Shown here one piece after another: positions 52,111 through 64,000 of a stretch of 64,000 nt of DNA. The notes beneath the pieces are model-generated. The model was not told where the DNA came from, ran no database searches, and saw only the letters and a program-made list of their open reading frames with translations. Each line of letters begins with the position of its first letter. Position 1 is the first letter of the stretch. Both the position numbers and the translations under genes were made by a program. The DNA lies in assembly GCA_951406725.2 (NCBI GenBank), contig OX597816.1:54126001-54190000 (forward strand). Reading direction: 5' to 3'. This DNA is from Octopus vulgaris. Its lineage: Eukaryota.

Positions 52111-52632
52111 ATGATGTTACGTGATGTCTTAACAGATTTATTTCCTGAAGATATAGCTATTACTGTCCTCCAACCTGGGGATATTTTAGGTGATATCATG
52201 TATGATTAATGTGATGGAGATAGAATTAACTGTGTCTTCCAGCATGGGATAATGTATCTGATACTTTGTAAGATATATATAGCTTGGAGGTAGAATTACA
52301 TGTACTCCACTCCAAGCCATAAACTATTCAACAGTGACATAGTTGAAGAAATATAGTTATTTAATGGAAAAACTATAACGGTCATTAGTGGAGTTGAATC
52401 AGCAGAATATCCATCTACAAAATGAATAGTGGAGAGTTTGCATGTCAGCATTAAAATGTGTTTCTGTCCAAAGCAATTCTCAATGGCTTTCTTAGCATTT
52501 GATTAATTCCAACACAGAGTTAGAGTTTATTGGCGAAAGCAGTGGAAATGTTGACATGATTTTCCAGTGAATTCACAGTGTTGAAAATAAAGTTTCAGCG
52601 GAGTCCCACATCAGCTTCGAAGGGATTCCGGA

Positions 52633-52687
52633 TATACATACATACATACACACATACATACATACATACATACATATATACATATAC

Positions 52688-52785
<98 letters not shown>

Positions 52786-52817
52786 GTATATATATCTGAA
52801 TATATATACATACATAT

Positions 52818-52887
<70 letters not shown>

Positions 52888-52910
52888 GTAGATAGATAGA
52901 TATATAGATA
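52633..52910. repeat. Compound (CATA)n/(TA)n/(CA)n microsatellite
   Basis: Directly visible. Confidence 0.95.
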
Positions 52911-53193
52911 TGTCAAGAAATAAAAAAGAGAGAAATGTATATCCCAGGAGAGTGAAAAAAGATTTTAAGCGCAAAACTGAAAGTAGGAAAAAATATCTGC
53001 AGTAAACACATGGGTGGCGTCTCTAATACGATATTCTACCGCATTCCTGAACTGAACTAAGGAAGAAATTAGAGACTCAGACTGTAAAACCTGAAAGACA
53101 ATTATTTGAGCTATCTGAGTGAGTCTTGAAACAGCTCGTGTAAACAAAACAATAACAACAACAACAACGTATATAATAATAATAATAAAAATG

Positions 53194-53236
<43 letters not shown>

Positions 53237-53258
<22 letters not shown>

Positions 53259-54075
53259 CGCAAAAGAAATAGACAAAGAAAAATCCCAGCAATGGTTGAG
53301 AAGCTCAGGACTCAAAGCAGAAACAGAGGGATTTTTAATTGCAGCACAAGACCAAAGCCTCCCCACCAGAAATTACCAAAAACATGTAATGAAAAGAAAT
53401 ATTACATGTAACTGCAGAATATGTGGAGATGGACAAGAAACAATAAATCATATTATCTCTAGCTGCCCAGTCTTGGCTAAGAAGGAATATATTCACAGAC
53501 ATGACAGAGTTGGAACCTACATACATTGGAAGCTATGCCAACATTATGGAATAACAACAGAAAAAAGATGGTATAGGCACACACCAGAAAAGGTCACAGA
53601 AAACGAGAAAGCAACCATACTCTGGGATATGCCGATACACACAGATAGAGAAATTAAGGCCAACAGACCAGATATAGTTGTCAGAGATCATGAAGAAAAA
53701 AATGCTTTCTAATTGATGTATCAATACCGGCTGATGACAACGTGTCTCTAAAAGAAATGGAGAAACTCTCAAAATACAAAGACCTGGAAATAGAGGTAAC
53801 TAGAATGTGGAATCTGAAAACAGAAACAATTCCTATCATAGTAGGTGCATTAGGCATGATAAAAAAATATTCAGACAAATACATAACAAAAACACCAGGA
53901 CTTACAAACACATATAACATACAGAAAATTGCACTACTAGGCACTGCACACATCCTACGCAGAACACTTTCCATACAATAACCATCAGAGCATCACAACA
54001 AATCACAGCACATACCCAAGGCACACAGAGCTGTGCTCGGTAGTGAAGTGAAAGCACGCTATAAAAATAAAACTA

Positions 54076-54080
<5 letters not shown>
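53237..54080 (+). mobile_element. Relatively young 5'-truncated R4/Dong LINE inserted in (TAA)n
   Basis: LKAETEGFLIAAQDQ, CRICG...ETINHIISSC (CCHC), RHD, ILWD, NRPDIVV, IDVSIP, EKLSKYKDL. Only one frameshift (A-run near 53700). Long (TAA)n on both sides. Confidence 0.95.
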
Positions 54081-54133
<53 letters not shown>

Positions 54134-54534
54134 GATAAAGGAACTTGTGGAAGACTTGAAGGAAGCGGCCTGTTAACGAAAATAATCGTAAAAACGAAAT
54201 TTTACGGCCATACAATGCACAGTTTCTCCTATGCACTAGGTCTTAGTGAAACATGTGCGAAAGACACATGCTAAATCAACATCGGAAAGCTTAGAAATTA
54301 TAAAATATAAGTGGAACAAAACAGCAAGTACGTAAATTGATTAATTACGCATACACTCGAATGTCCCACACAATCATATATACATTTGAATACCCATAGG
54401 ACTAAACACACGTCCCAATGTTTACACAACTACGTGAAATTTACAGGACACACATACACGCATATGAAAGCACGTGCCACAAACTAAGCAAAAAAATTAT
54501 TTTTCAAAATAACACTAGATTTATACTCTGTAAG

Positions 54535-54812
54535 CCCCCTGGACTTATAACCCTGTAAGCCTTGTGCTTATTCTCTCTGTCTCTTCCGCCGAATCGCTAA
54601 GTTACGGAGACGCAAACACACCAACATGGGTTGTCAAGCGGTGGTGGTGATGGGACAAACATAGACACAAACACGCACATATAAATACACGCACGCACAC
54701 ACGCACACACGCGCGCGCGCATATATATTTATAGATGACGGGATTGTTTCAGTTTCCGTCTACGAAATCCTCTCACAAGGTTTTGGTCTGCCCGAGGCTA
54801 TAGTAGAAGGCA
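54535..54812 (-). mobile_element. Partial SINE family B copy
   Basis: Homologous to 18975-19220. Confidence 0.8.
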
Positions 54813-55964
54813 CTCTGTAAAGTATAGAGTTGAATTTCCTGTAGCCACTTGTTGGCAACTTTTCTCCCCCACCCATTTTGTAGGGCTTTTTACCCATTTT
54901 CCAGGGCTCTTTTTACAGTTATATCCCGTTCAAAATTTGCATTGGGTTTTGCACGGCAATAAAAGGAAAAGGTGGGGGCTTGTTTGTAGTTTGTAGAGAA
55001 AATGTTACACGTCTTCCGCCCCACCGCCCAACTAAAAGACACGAAGAACTATCAAACAAGGCGAATAAGTATCGAGGGTGGGTGGGGAAAAGAAGCAGGA
55101 ACCTCGTCATCGTAACCGACGGAGTGCCATTTTCTAAAACGAGTGAAAGAAAAGGAAATGTTCCATATCGGAAGGAAAAAATGTCATGGGTTTAGTGTAA
55201 GTAGTGAAAGCTAAGATGAAATAATTACTATTCCGTCGTGTAGTAACTTCGCTCTCGACTCACGCTCACTTTGATAACAACAACTTGCACATTGGTGTTT
55301 ATTTGGAGGCTTGGCCAGCCTCCAGATCTGTGAAACACATAAATGCCGCTGTTAGGACCGGATTAACACCCAGTGACTCTAACAACTAAAAAGATTTTCC
55401 TGCCCTTATAATGCATCTTTTTTCGTTTTCTTGCTACCACTTGAAGGTTTATCTTGCTGCAGTCCACTCAGCTGGCCAAAATGAGTAACTGTAATTCAAA
55501 GGGACCAGATTTGTCACATTCTGTGTGAGGCTGAATCTCCATGAGAACTACATTAATGGTATGCTTGTCTGTGGAGTACTCAGCCATTTGCATATTAATT
55601 TTATCCTAGGGTGGTAATGAAGAGTGAAAGTGACATCCAATATCTGCTGTAGTTGTCTTTAATTTACCAATGTGTTTACGTATGTACTTTTCTTTGGATC
55701 TATGTATCAGTCTGAAAATACTGATAAACATTTAAAAACACATTTGAAAACAAAGAAGGGAAAGCCACCTTCCTTTCAGTCACCACTCACTGTCTCTCTC
55801 ACTCTCTGTCATTTTCTCTTTGTACCTCTCCCTTCAACCTTTTTACCTCTTCCTTTGAAGTAAGTGTGACACACACCACAGGTAAGTACGTACAAAAACA
55901 AAAAAAGTTAGCGTATTAATATTACAGGTAACAACAACAACATCATCAACAACAACAATAACAA

Positions 55965-57144
55965 TACAGAGTACAGGTGGTTATGGACGAGGAGGAGTGA
56001 CCTGAAGATAGAGACAGAAGCACTTATATACAGCTCAAGAAGTGTTAACTATTCTGTGAAGTGCAGAATAGACAACACTACCGATAGCGACAAATGCAGG
56101 TGTGAAAAAGTATGGCACATCGTTAGCGAATACCTGGAATTGGCACAACGCAAATACAAAAGATATCATGACAATGTGGCAAGAATGATCCATTGGGAGA
56201 TCTGTGGAAATCACAGCCTACAAAGAGCAAAATGTGGTATGAGAAAACGCCAGGAGGAGTCACCGAGGATGAGAATCACAAAATTCTGTGGGATGCAATG
56301 ATCCAGTGTGATCACCTGACCAGACGTAGGAAATCGGACATTGTTGTGGTGAATAAAAAAGAAAGAACATACATGATAATCGACATAGCAGGTCCCGGTG
56401 ACAACAGGATAAAGGAAGGAGGAGAAGAAAAAGAAGAAGAAGAAGGAGAAGAAGAAGAAGGAGGAGGAGAAGAAGAAGGAGAAGAAGAAAAAGACGAAGA
56501 AGAAGAAGGAGGAGAAGAAGGAGAAGAAGAAGAAGAAGAAGGAGAAGAAGAAAAAGACGAAGAAGAAGAAGGAGGAGAAGAAGGAGAAGAAGAAGAAGAA
56601 GGAGAAGAAGGAGAAGAAGAAGAAGGAGAAGAAGGAGGAGAAGAAGAAGAAGAAGAAGGAGAAGAAGAAAAAGACGAAGAAGAAGAAGGAGAAGAAAAAG
56701 ACGAAGAAGGAGAAGAAGAAGGGGGAGAAGAAGAAGAAGAAGAAGAAGGAGAAGAAAAAGAAGAAGAAGAAGGAGAAGAAAAGAAGAAGAAGAAGAAGAA
56801 GAAGAAGAAGAAGAAGAAGAAGAAGAAGAAGAAGAAGAAGAAGAAATAAACAACCATGACGACTTGAAGTGGGAAATCAGATGTTTGTGGTCGATGATGA
56901 GAGTAGACGTGATGCCAATAGTAATTGGTGCAGTTGGAAGTATCAGCATTCAATTACCAACATGGCTGAAAGAGATTGGTGCAAGTGTGAAGGTAGAACA
57001 CCTACAAACATAGCATTGCTTGGAACTGCAAGAATTCTTCACAGATTTCTTGAAGCATGACCAGTAAACAAGTGTCACCTCAACCTGCTGACTGTGGACA
57101 GCAGACACTATACTCATACTCAGCAAGATGTGAGTTTTCATCAC

Positions 57145-57145
<1 letters not shown>
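55965..57145 (+). mobile_element. R4/Dong-like LINE 3' fragment (same subfamily as 46570-48050) split by a purine expansion
   Basis: High nucleotide similarity to 47310-47990 on both sides of 56413-56846; followed by (TAA)n. Confidence 0.9.
56413..56846 (+). repeat. ~430-bp (GAA/GGA)n polypurine tract
   Basis: Nearly all purine, with only a few C in GAC; ends in pure (GAA)n; internal higher-order blocks. Confidence 0.95.
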
Positions 57146-57196
<51 letters not shown>

Positions 57197-57233
57197 TAAT
57201 AATAATAATGATGATGATGATGATGATGATAAT

Positions 57234-58010
57234 ACTTTCATTTATTGGCCACAAGGGCCGAACACAAAATAATATGGACGATACAATAGAAGTTAAGTTA
57301 AGTTAAGTTAAGTTAATTTTTTGGCTCAAAAAGCAAAAAGCAAGGCCATGTAGGGGGACATGGAGTTATGTACAGGGAGGGTGTTCATGCAAAGAGTTCA
57401 GGCCATTTCTGGTCAAGAGAGACTTTGAACCGAGCGGTCGTCGGCATCTTCACTATCTCGTCCGGCAGCTTATTTCACGGATCCGCAACCCGGACGGAGA
57501 AAGCCCCCCCTCCTTCGATTGAGATGAAATCGTTGCAGATAGAGCTTTTCGGAGTGACCCCGCAGCCGACGCCCTGGAGCAGGAGTGAAGAACAGCTCTT
57601 TCGAGAGGTTACACTTTCCGCTTATGATGTGGGGACAAATGGGGTGTTGAACAATAAGTAACAGAAACAATTAACAAAACAATGTGTAAGATTCTTCGGG
57701 TGTCTTTGTGAGGAATTCCCTCAGAAGAGGGAATTCCTCACAAGGACACCCGAAGAACCCCACCCATTCTGGTTATCCCGACCGTCAGATGCACCACGGC
57801 AGGGGCCTCTCTCCTTCTCAATCTCTCCGGTTTACAAGCTAAAGTTCGGAGTAGGTCCATTCACACAGGCCACCTGGGCCCATCTAACGGCTTTCGTCTC
57901 CTCATATCTTAGATGACGCGCCCTAGCTCTGACAACGCAACTTTCGTGCTTGGCATTGAATAATTGACCAAGAGCCAATCTTGCCGCCATTCCGTCAGTC
58001 GCAATGCCTA
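57234..58010 (-). mobile_element. Internally deleted Tx1-like LINE remnant hosting a CR1 insertion and a hairpin
   Basis: Minus strand AARLALGQLFNAKHESCVVRARAR...RWAQVACVNGPT* resembles the C-terminus near 28100; the 3' end GGCCCTTGTGGCCAATAAA resembles 28500-28520. Confidence 0.5.
57290..57630 (-). mobile_element. CR1-clade LINE 3' end with (CTTAA)n tail
   Basis: FF...RLRGHSEKL...R..FSVRV..(W)NKLPDEIV.....FKVSLD, the hallmark CR1 ORF2 C-terminus; pentanucleotide tail at 57290-57316. Confidence 0.88.
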
Positions 58011-58011
58011 C

Positions 58012-58515
58012 CCTGAACTATTGAGAAATCTGTAGTTACTCTATCCAGATTACAAGTTCAGGTTTATACCTGTAATTATCGGAGCCCTGGGATATGTAAC
58101 ACACTGCCTAAATAACAATCTTGAGAAATTAGGCTTCTCAAAACAAGAAAGGAGAAAGCTGATTCGAAACTACAGATCCAATCCGTCACTAGAACTGTAA
58201 AAATCTGTAAAACATTCCGGATGTTTATCATTTAAATATATCTGAGCATGTCTAGATGTGCAACTATATGCATGAGAATACATACATAAAACATACAAAT
58301 CTGTACATACATACATACATACAAAAATACCCTGTTGATGTTGAAATTCCAATGAAACCGGCTCTTTCTCTACTGGCAAGAAATCTTGAAATAAAACTGT
58401 ATAATGACATACATACATACATACTCGGTTTCACGGAAAAAAGAGCAAAGGAAACTAACTCGGATTCCCCTAATCTGATCTATTAGTGGGACAGTGAAGA
58501 ATTGTAAGACATTGC
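58012..58515 (+). mobile_element. RLE family 2 3' fragments separated by (CATA)n
   Basis: ELLRNL.LLYPDYKFRFIPVIIGALGYVTHCL, nearly identical in nucleotides to 51170-51420; a second short piece at 58424-58515. Confidence 0.85.
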
Positions 58516-59718
58516 AAAAATTCTCCGTGAGAGATTCTTAAGTGAATAGATGTAGACAGTTGGGCATTGATCGTTCAACCAACAGTCCAACTTAACCACA
58601 CATTCACAAAAGCTGGAAACTCTGAATTCAAAATGTGTTGTTGCTTTGTTAGCGACCGGTTTGAACTCTCTGAAGAAGAACTTAATTTGCAACCAAGACA
58701 ATAGAACTCTGTAATTTGCAAAACAACAAAAAATCTTGTGTACTGTTGAAAGGAATATTCCAGGAAAATTTAGATTTTTTTTCTGAAGAATGGTTCTATA
58801 AAATGTAACATTTGTAAGATAGTCGTCTACCAAAGCTAAATTACTGGAACTTGTTGGTGTTATGGTGTAGAGGTATTTTATATTTTAAGTATTCCGACCA
58901 AATGTTACTACAAACGTAAACCACCTTTCATTGTAAATCTTTTAGACTTCACCAATATCAATCGACTGCTATCGTTTGTCAGCAAACATCGGTAATAGCT
59001 AGATTAAAAGAAAATTACCATGACGCTTGATTTCTTTCTTTTATTTTCTTAAGGAACACAACTAGATATTTTCTTGAACAGAAAGGTATCTACACGAAAA
59101 GCGGTTGGCTCCCTGCCAATTGGTGAATATAATGAATGGTTTTTTGCAGTTATCTTCACTGATACATGAATAATGGAGTGTGGCTGACATTGAAAATGGA
59201 ACAAAAGACGAATCCAGGTGAAACTCCGACCATTTTTAAAATCATGAATAGCAGCAAGAAAAGCAGCGATATCGACCAATTCTTTTGATCATATTCTTTA
59301 AAATGGAATATAAGTTTAGATAATTAATAGCTCATGTAGAACACGTCAGCTTCCAGTTTACATGACGGCGATCAGTGAGAGTATTAATTCAAAGGAAATT
59401 AAGATCTTGAAGCGACCACATAGAGTTTGTTGAGCAAGTCTTTTGTCAGAAGCACTTTAAGCCATGACGTCTGATAGTGAAAGTGAAGTTACGGTTGAGG
59501 AACAGAAGAAACTATCTACTTACAATCCGAGTTCAATTCCCGCTGGAGTGAATTTGATTTTTTAAACAATGTTTTGGGGTCGAAATTACCTGTAGTATAC
59601 TAGTGTCAATAAGTAACTCTGATATACCAGTGTCTACAAGTACTCGTAATATATTGGTGTAGATTCAATGTTGGAATTAGATATTTCAATATGACATCAG
59701 AAAGTACAGAAACAGTAG

Positions 59719-60095
59719 TGGAGGCGCAATAGCCCAGTGGTTAGGGCAGCAGCCCCGCGGTTTCGATTCCCAGACCGGGCGTTGTGTGTGTTTATTGAGC
59801 GAAAGCACCTAAAGCTCCACGAGGCTCCGGCAGGGGGTGGTGGCGATCCCTGTTGTACTCTTTCGCTCCAACTTACTCTTACTCTTTCTTCCTGTTTCTT
59901 GTCCCCGACTTCCTACGCAACCGCTGAGCCTGGATGCGCATTCATTCATCCGTCGATGCTCTCGGTGTCGGGGGTTGACCTGCTTTCTCTTCTGCGGGTC
60001 TTACGAATAGCAAAGGACCGCGATTCGGACTCCTCCCACTGCGAGCTCTGGGACGAAGACCGCTTCACTCAACAGCAACAGCAACAGCAACAACA
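59719..60095 (+). mobile_element. tRNA-derived SINE family C with (CAA/CAG)n tail and 13-bp TSD
   Basis: TSD ACAGAAACAGTAG at 59706-59718 and 60096-60108; A box TAGCCCAGTGG and B box GGTTTCGATTCC; anticodon-arm region shortened. Confidence 0.88.
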
Positions 60096-60560
60096 ACAGA
60101 AACAGTAGACGAGGTGAACGTTTAATGAACTTATTATAAATCGAACCCAGGGCATGCTGGGAAATGATTAAACATCGTATATTCGTTTCCCCGTATGCTC
60201 TGAGCTCAATTAACTCAATTTTCATGTTAACTCCAATAAATCTCGCAAACAGCCAGATGGGGGTGGTTTATCTGAGCGACTGATTAAACCAGTGCCCTGT
60301 TCCTCACCTAAGAATAGTGCCGTCTATCAAACGGTGTGGCACGAATTCCTCTCCTAGCTTTGGATTGGCCCAACATTATGCTAGAAATACTTTCTCATTT
60401 CCATAATGTCTCTATACTCGGGTATAAACTATCTTAATCATTGTATAGTGTATATCAGATCTGCAAGGTTGTAATTACCTCTAGACCAATTAACCGTTGT
60501 CTACTGATAATTACATCGTCTGTGATTGTTGTGTCCAAGATGTGCCTGTAGTTACACCTT

Positions 60561-60923
60561 CATCATCATCATTGTTCGACCGTGGTCGAGACAATGGAAT
60601 TTACCATGCTACGCCAGACTTCACGGTCCATCATGGCATTACGGAGGTCCTGTTGCTGGATGCCTGTATCCCTGGAGATTACATCAGGGTAGGAGAGTGT
60701 GCGCCCTCTGGTATTGCGAGTAGATGGCTTCCAGAGGAGAAGAGTAGAAATTACTTCTTTTTCAGCTCTACAACAATGTCCAGCAAACTGGACTCTCCTA
60801 CCTTTCACAAGAGATGACACAGGTGGTAGTTTCCCATATATTTGCATTTTGGTTGGATGGCGCTTCCACGAGAGATTTTGAGCTCTCATAAGGAGGCGAG
60901 TGTAGGTTCCATCCAACCGCCTC
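60561..60923 (-). mobile_element. 5'-truncated RTE-group LINE with (TGA)n tail and 8-bp TSD
   Basis: LDGTYTRLL...SW...RRVQFAGHC.R...RGR...MMDREVWR; TSD TACACCTT at 60553-60560 and 60924-60931. Confidence 0.88.
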
Positions 60924-61530
60924 TACACCTTAGTATTACTTATAATTAATGATAACATACTAAACATTGATATTCCTTACCCTCCGTAAATGCTACAATA
61001 TGTCTCTTAAATTCACACATTATCTTCATCACCAACGATATATATTTCTGACTCTACTAATCTGGATTTCTAGCTTTCTACACTAATCCCTTGTGTTCCT
61101 ACAAAACCAGTCCCCATTTCACAAAGTTCCGTTTAATGTCACCAATATTTTTCAGCAGAAACGTAGTGAAATTAAGTTGGAATATCGCCATTCTGATTGT
61201 TGAAGCAGTGGCACTGAGTTGGAAGGGTTAGCTATCTCACAACAGAAATGTATGAGGACTGTATCGTATTGTACCCTTCAGAACAAAGGAAAAAAAAAAG
61301 GAAAAAAGTTCTAGGCTGATCTGAGACCTTACTTGTGTCTGGCAATAATGTACAAAGTAAAGATAGAAATTGAAGATTAGTCCATTTTCTTTACGGAAAG
61401 GTTTATATATTTGTTTGTCATAGAGTTCAATGCAATGTTTATAGAGCAGTTATGTTACTGTGGAGCTGTAGATAATAGAAAGGTTTTAGTAATTATAGTA
61501 ATTAAAGCCATCAATATTATCTGATGGAGA

Positions 61531-61744
61531 AGGCGGCCAGCTGGCTGACTCGTTAGCAAGTCGGGCAAAATGCTTAATGGCATTTCGTCCGTATTTAAGT
61601 TCTAAGTTCACATTCCGCCGAGGTTGAATTTACTTTTCATCATTGCGGGGTCGATAAAATAAGTACCATTTGAGTACTGGGTCGATGCAATCGACTCATC
61701 TCCTCCCCTGAACTTGCTGGCCTTGTGCCAAAATTGGAAATCGT
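61531..61744 (+). mobile_element. SINE with family A body and TSD
   Basis: AGGCGGCCAGCTGGC head and GGGGTCGATAAAATAAGTACC block; TSD TATTATCTG(A/T)TGGAGA at 61515-61530 and 61745-61760. Confidence 0.85.
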
Positions 61745-62941
61745 TATTATCTGTTGGAGAAAGAGCTGTGGATGGCGAAGACAGAAAGTTTTAGATAAGA
61801 TGCCTTGTGGTATTTACCCTCGGCTATCTACATTCTGAGCTCTAATCCGGCTTAAGTGAGTTTTATATTTTACCTTTCCTGCCAATAAGGTTACTTTGGA
61901 GTATTGGAAATTAATTAACTTCAAGATAATCTTTCTTTAATGTCTTGGATCAAACTCATTATCTCATCTTAAGAGGATCGGTCGTTTCCTCCGCTGTTAA
62001 CTGAATGTTATTATAAACGAAGATAAAGGTTATGTCTAAGTAAAAGAATTTGCAATGCTTAGTTATTGAAGTGTGGCAAAAATGCAGTTGGCTGATTGAA
62101 GTACAATCGATCTCTAGTCCACATTGGATCAATTTTAAAGAGATAAAAAACAGCAACAAAAAACAAAAACAGCGGCAAGATTGTCCGGAAGAATATGAAG
62201 AGATGAAAGTAACTACAACTCTAAATACAACTCTGAGATATTTAATTGGTTGAGAGATAATGATATACTTCTATTGACTTACACAATTATGGAATAGTTT
62301 ACCGTTCTTTAAGAGACATTACCAGTGACGGAAGTTAAATCAGTTTCGAATTATGGCCGGGCATTTTGTATTCGTGTTCTTTATACTCAGGCGCTATGTG
62401 ATATTACAAAGGGAATTAGTGACCATAAATGAAAAGATATAGCGATAAATAGCAATTAAAACTGGCTTGAGATGGGGAGCATTTCCTTTCAGCTGTTGTC
62501 ACTTATTTTCGATACAGATGATAGCATGTAATTCTCTTGATTAAGTGAGGATGAGTTTGCATTCAACTAAAGATATTCTGTCTAGTCGCAAGACTTGCAA
62601 CATTATTGGTGAAGAAATAAATCAATATTTAGGTACATTAGTAAGCTGATGTTCTCAGATCAGATTTTGAAGTAGAAACCATTAAAAATTAAACAAAAAC
62701 CTCACTTCTATAACAATTCATTTGGCTCTTTAATAAAACACTAGATAAAGATCACATTCTCAGTAAGTGAAATTAAATCCGGTCGTTTGATAGAAAATGA
62801 CACCTAGCCGAGAAAAATCGATTAGCACCCGAGACTGATGATACGGTGAAGTTAATATCTATAACCGATCAACAAAGAAAGACGTTAAATTTAGAAAATA
62901 TTCGAGATATAAGGAAACACGAAGCGAAGAATCAGGGTGGG

Positions 62942-62978
<37 letters not shown>

Positions 62979-63037
62979 AGGAAGATGCTTTATCTAAGGA
63001 AACCTGACAAACTTGAAGAAAGAGAGAGAGAGAGGTA

Positions 63038-63073
<36 letters not shown>

Positions 63074-64000
63074 AGTGAATGTAAAGATTTATTAAAAACA
63101 ATTCCGTTGTTGAACATGACACACATTCATTATTGAATATAGTTTGAAAGTTTTATTAATTAAAATTTTGCATTAATAGAGACTGGTGAGCTACAACAAG
63201 AATTAATTGGAAGAAAATGGTTTGAAATATATTTATGCAAAATATAGCGTTCATTCTTAATTAATTTGCATGTAAAACAATCGATGAGGTACATACATTG
63301 ACCAGTCGTCCGCCGCAGAATGTCGAACAAGTTCACGTTGTAAGATGATGATGATGATGATGATGATAGAAAGTAAATATATCTGATGTATGGATATAAA
63401 TAGAATTAGAGCTCTCTCTCTCACACACAGACACACACCTATGTAAGATTGGCAGGTTGGCATAGTGGTGCTTAAATGAGAATTAAAATCGCTTATCAAT
63501 AATCAAAATAAATTTATTTGAATAAAAATGCAAGTGCAATACTTTGAATGATTCAGTTAGACTTATTCTACAGCACGCGCACACACACACACACATACAC
63601 ACGCATACACACAAACACACACGCGTGCATACACACACAAGCATGCATGCACACACGCGCAACACACACACGCATACATACAGAAATGCAAATAAACATA
63701 CACACGAACACAAACACCCACACAATATCTTTGATTTGATTTGGTTAATCTTTTTGGATCCAAATTAGTCGGGGATCTGGGCTCAATATCTTCAAAGTGC
63801 CATTAATGTCCCGAAGATATCAACGAAAAGGACAAACTGACCTGGTCAATTAAAATCATCATTATTTTAAACTTGAAGACCTGTAAAATACGGATTTATT
63901 AAATACTTCATCGCTGTTTAAGATAAAGTGCAGAAAGAATTACTTTTGGATCTAGAACAGTTTATAAAATCTGAGGTATGTGATTTAGAAAATTGTAAGA

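Noticed and set aside
56193-56953. 218-229 aa Glu/Lys, Leu or Ser-rich ORFs
   Set aside because: Products of the GAA/GGA expansion inside a dead LINE.
58515-58833. 116-aa ORF faintly like a hAT dimerisation domain (EF..VA.KA...SSFCE)
   Set aside because: Similarity too weak and no TIRs found.
59719-59780. tRNA gene
   Set aside because: SINE head with a shortened anticodon arm, followed by SINE body, tail and TSD.

Overview
AT-rich eukaryotic (animal) genomic DNA, dense in microsatellites and decayed transposons. The SINE families and repeat landscape look like an octopod cephalopod, but that is from my recall, not a search. Only one real protein-coding region is supported: a ~2.4-kb single coding exon on the minus strand (11701-14115) for a kekkon-like LRR-Ig-TM receptor ending in a PDZ-binding motif (GTAV). 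It has a clear splice acceptor at 14134, so sequence to its right is probably intron. Nearly all other ORFs in the track are microsatellite read-throughs or TE remnants. Identified elements: a full-length dead mellifera-type mariner, two irritans-type mariner derivatives, a truncated hAT with TIRs and 8-bp TSD, a non-autonomous Helitron, many R4/Dong-like RLE LINE ends in (TAA)n or (CATA)n, RTE, CR1, Tx1-like and Penelope fragments, and several tRNA-like SINE families with TSDs. The most notable observations are: a SINE sharing a covarying 3' stem-loop tail with a Tx1-like LINE; a non-autonomous element carrying the 3' end of its neighbouring R4/Dong LINE; a templated inverted duplication; a ~430-bp GAA/GGA expansion born inside a LINE; several fold-back hairpins; and an unusual N-terminal extension on the receptor. 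I found no convincing novel multi-gene system, CRISPR array, rRNA or true tRNA.
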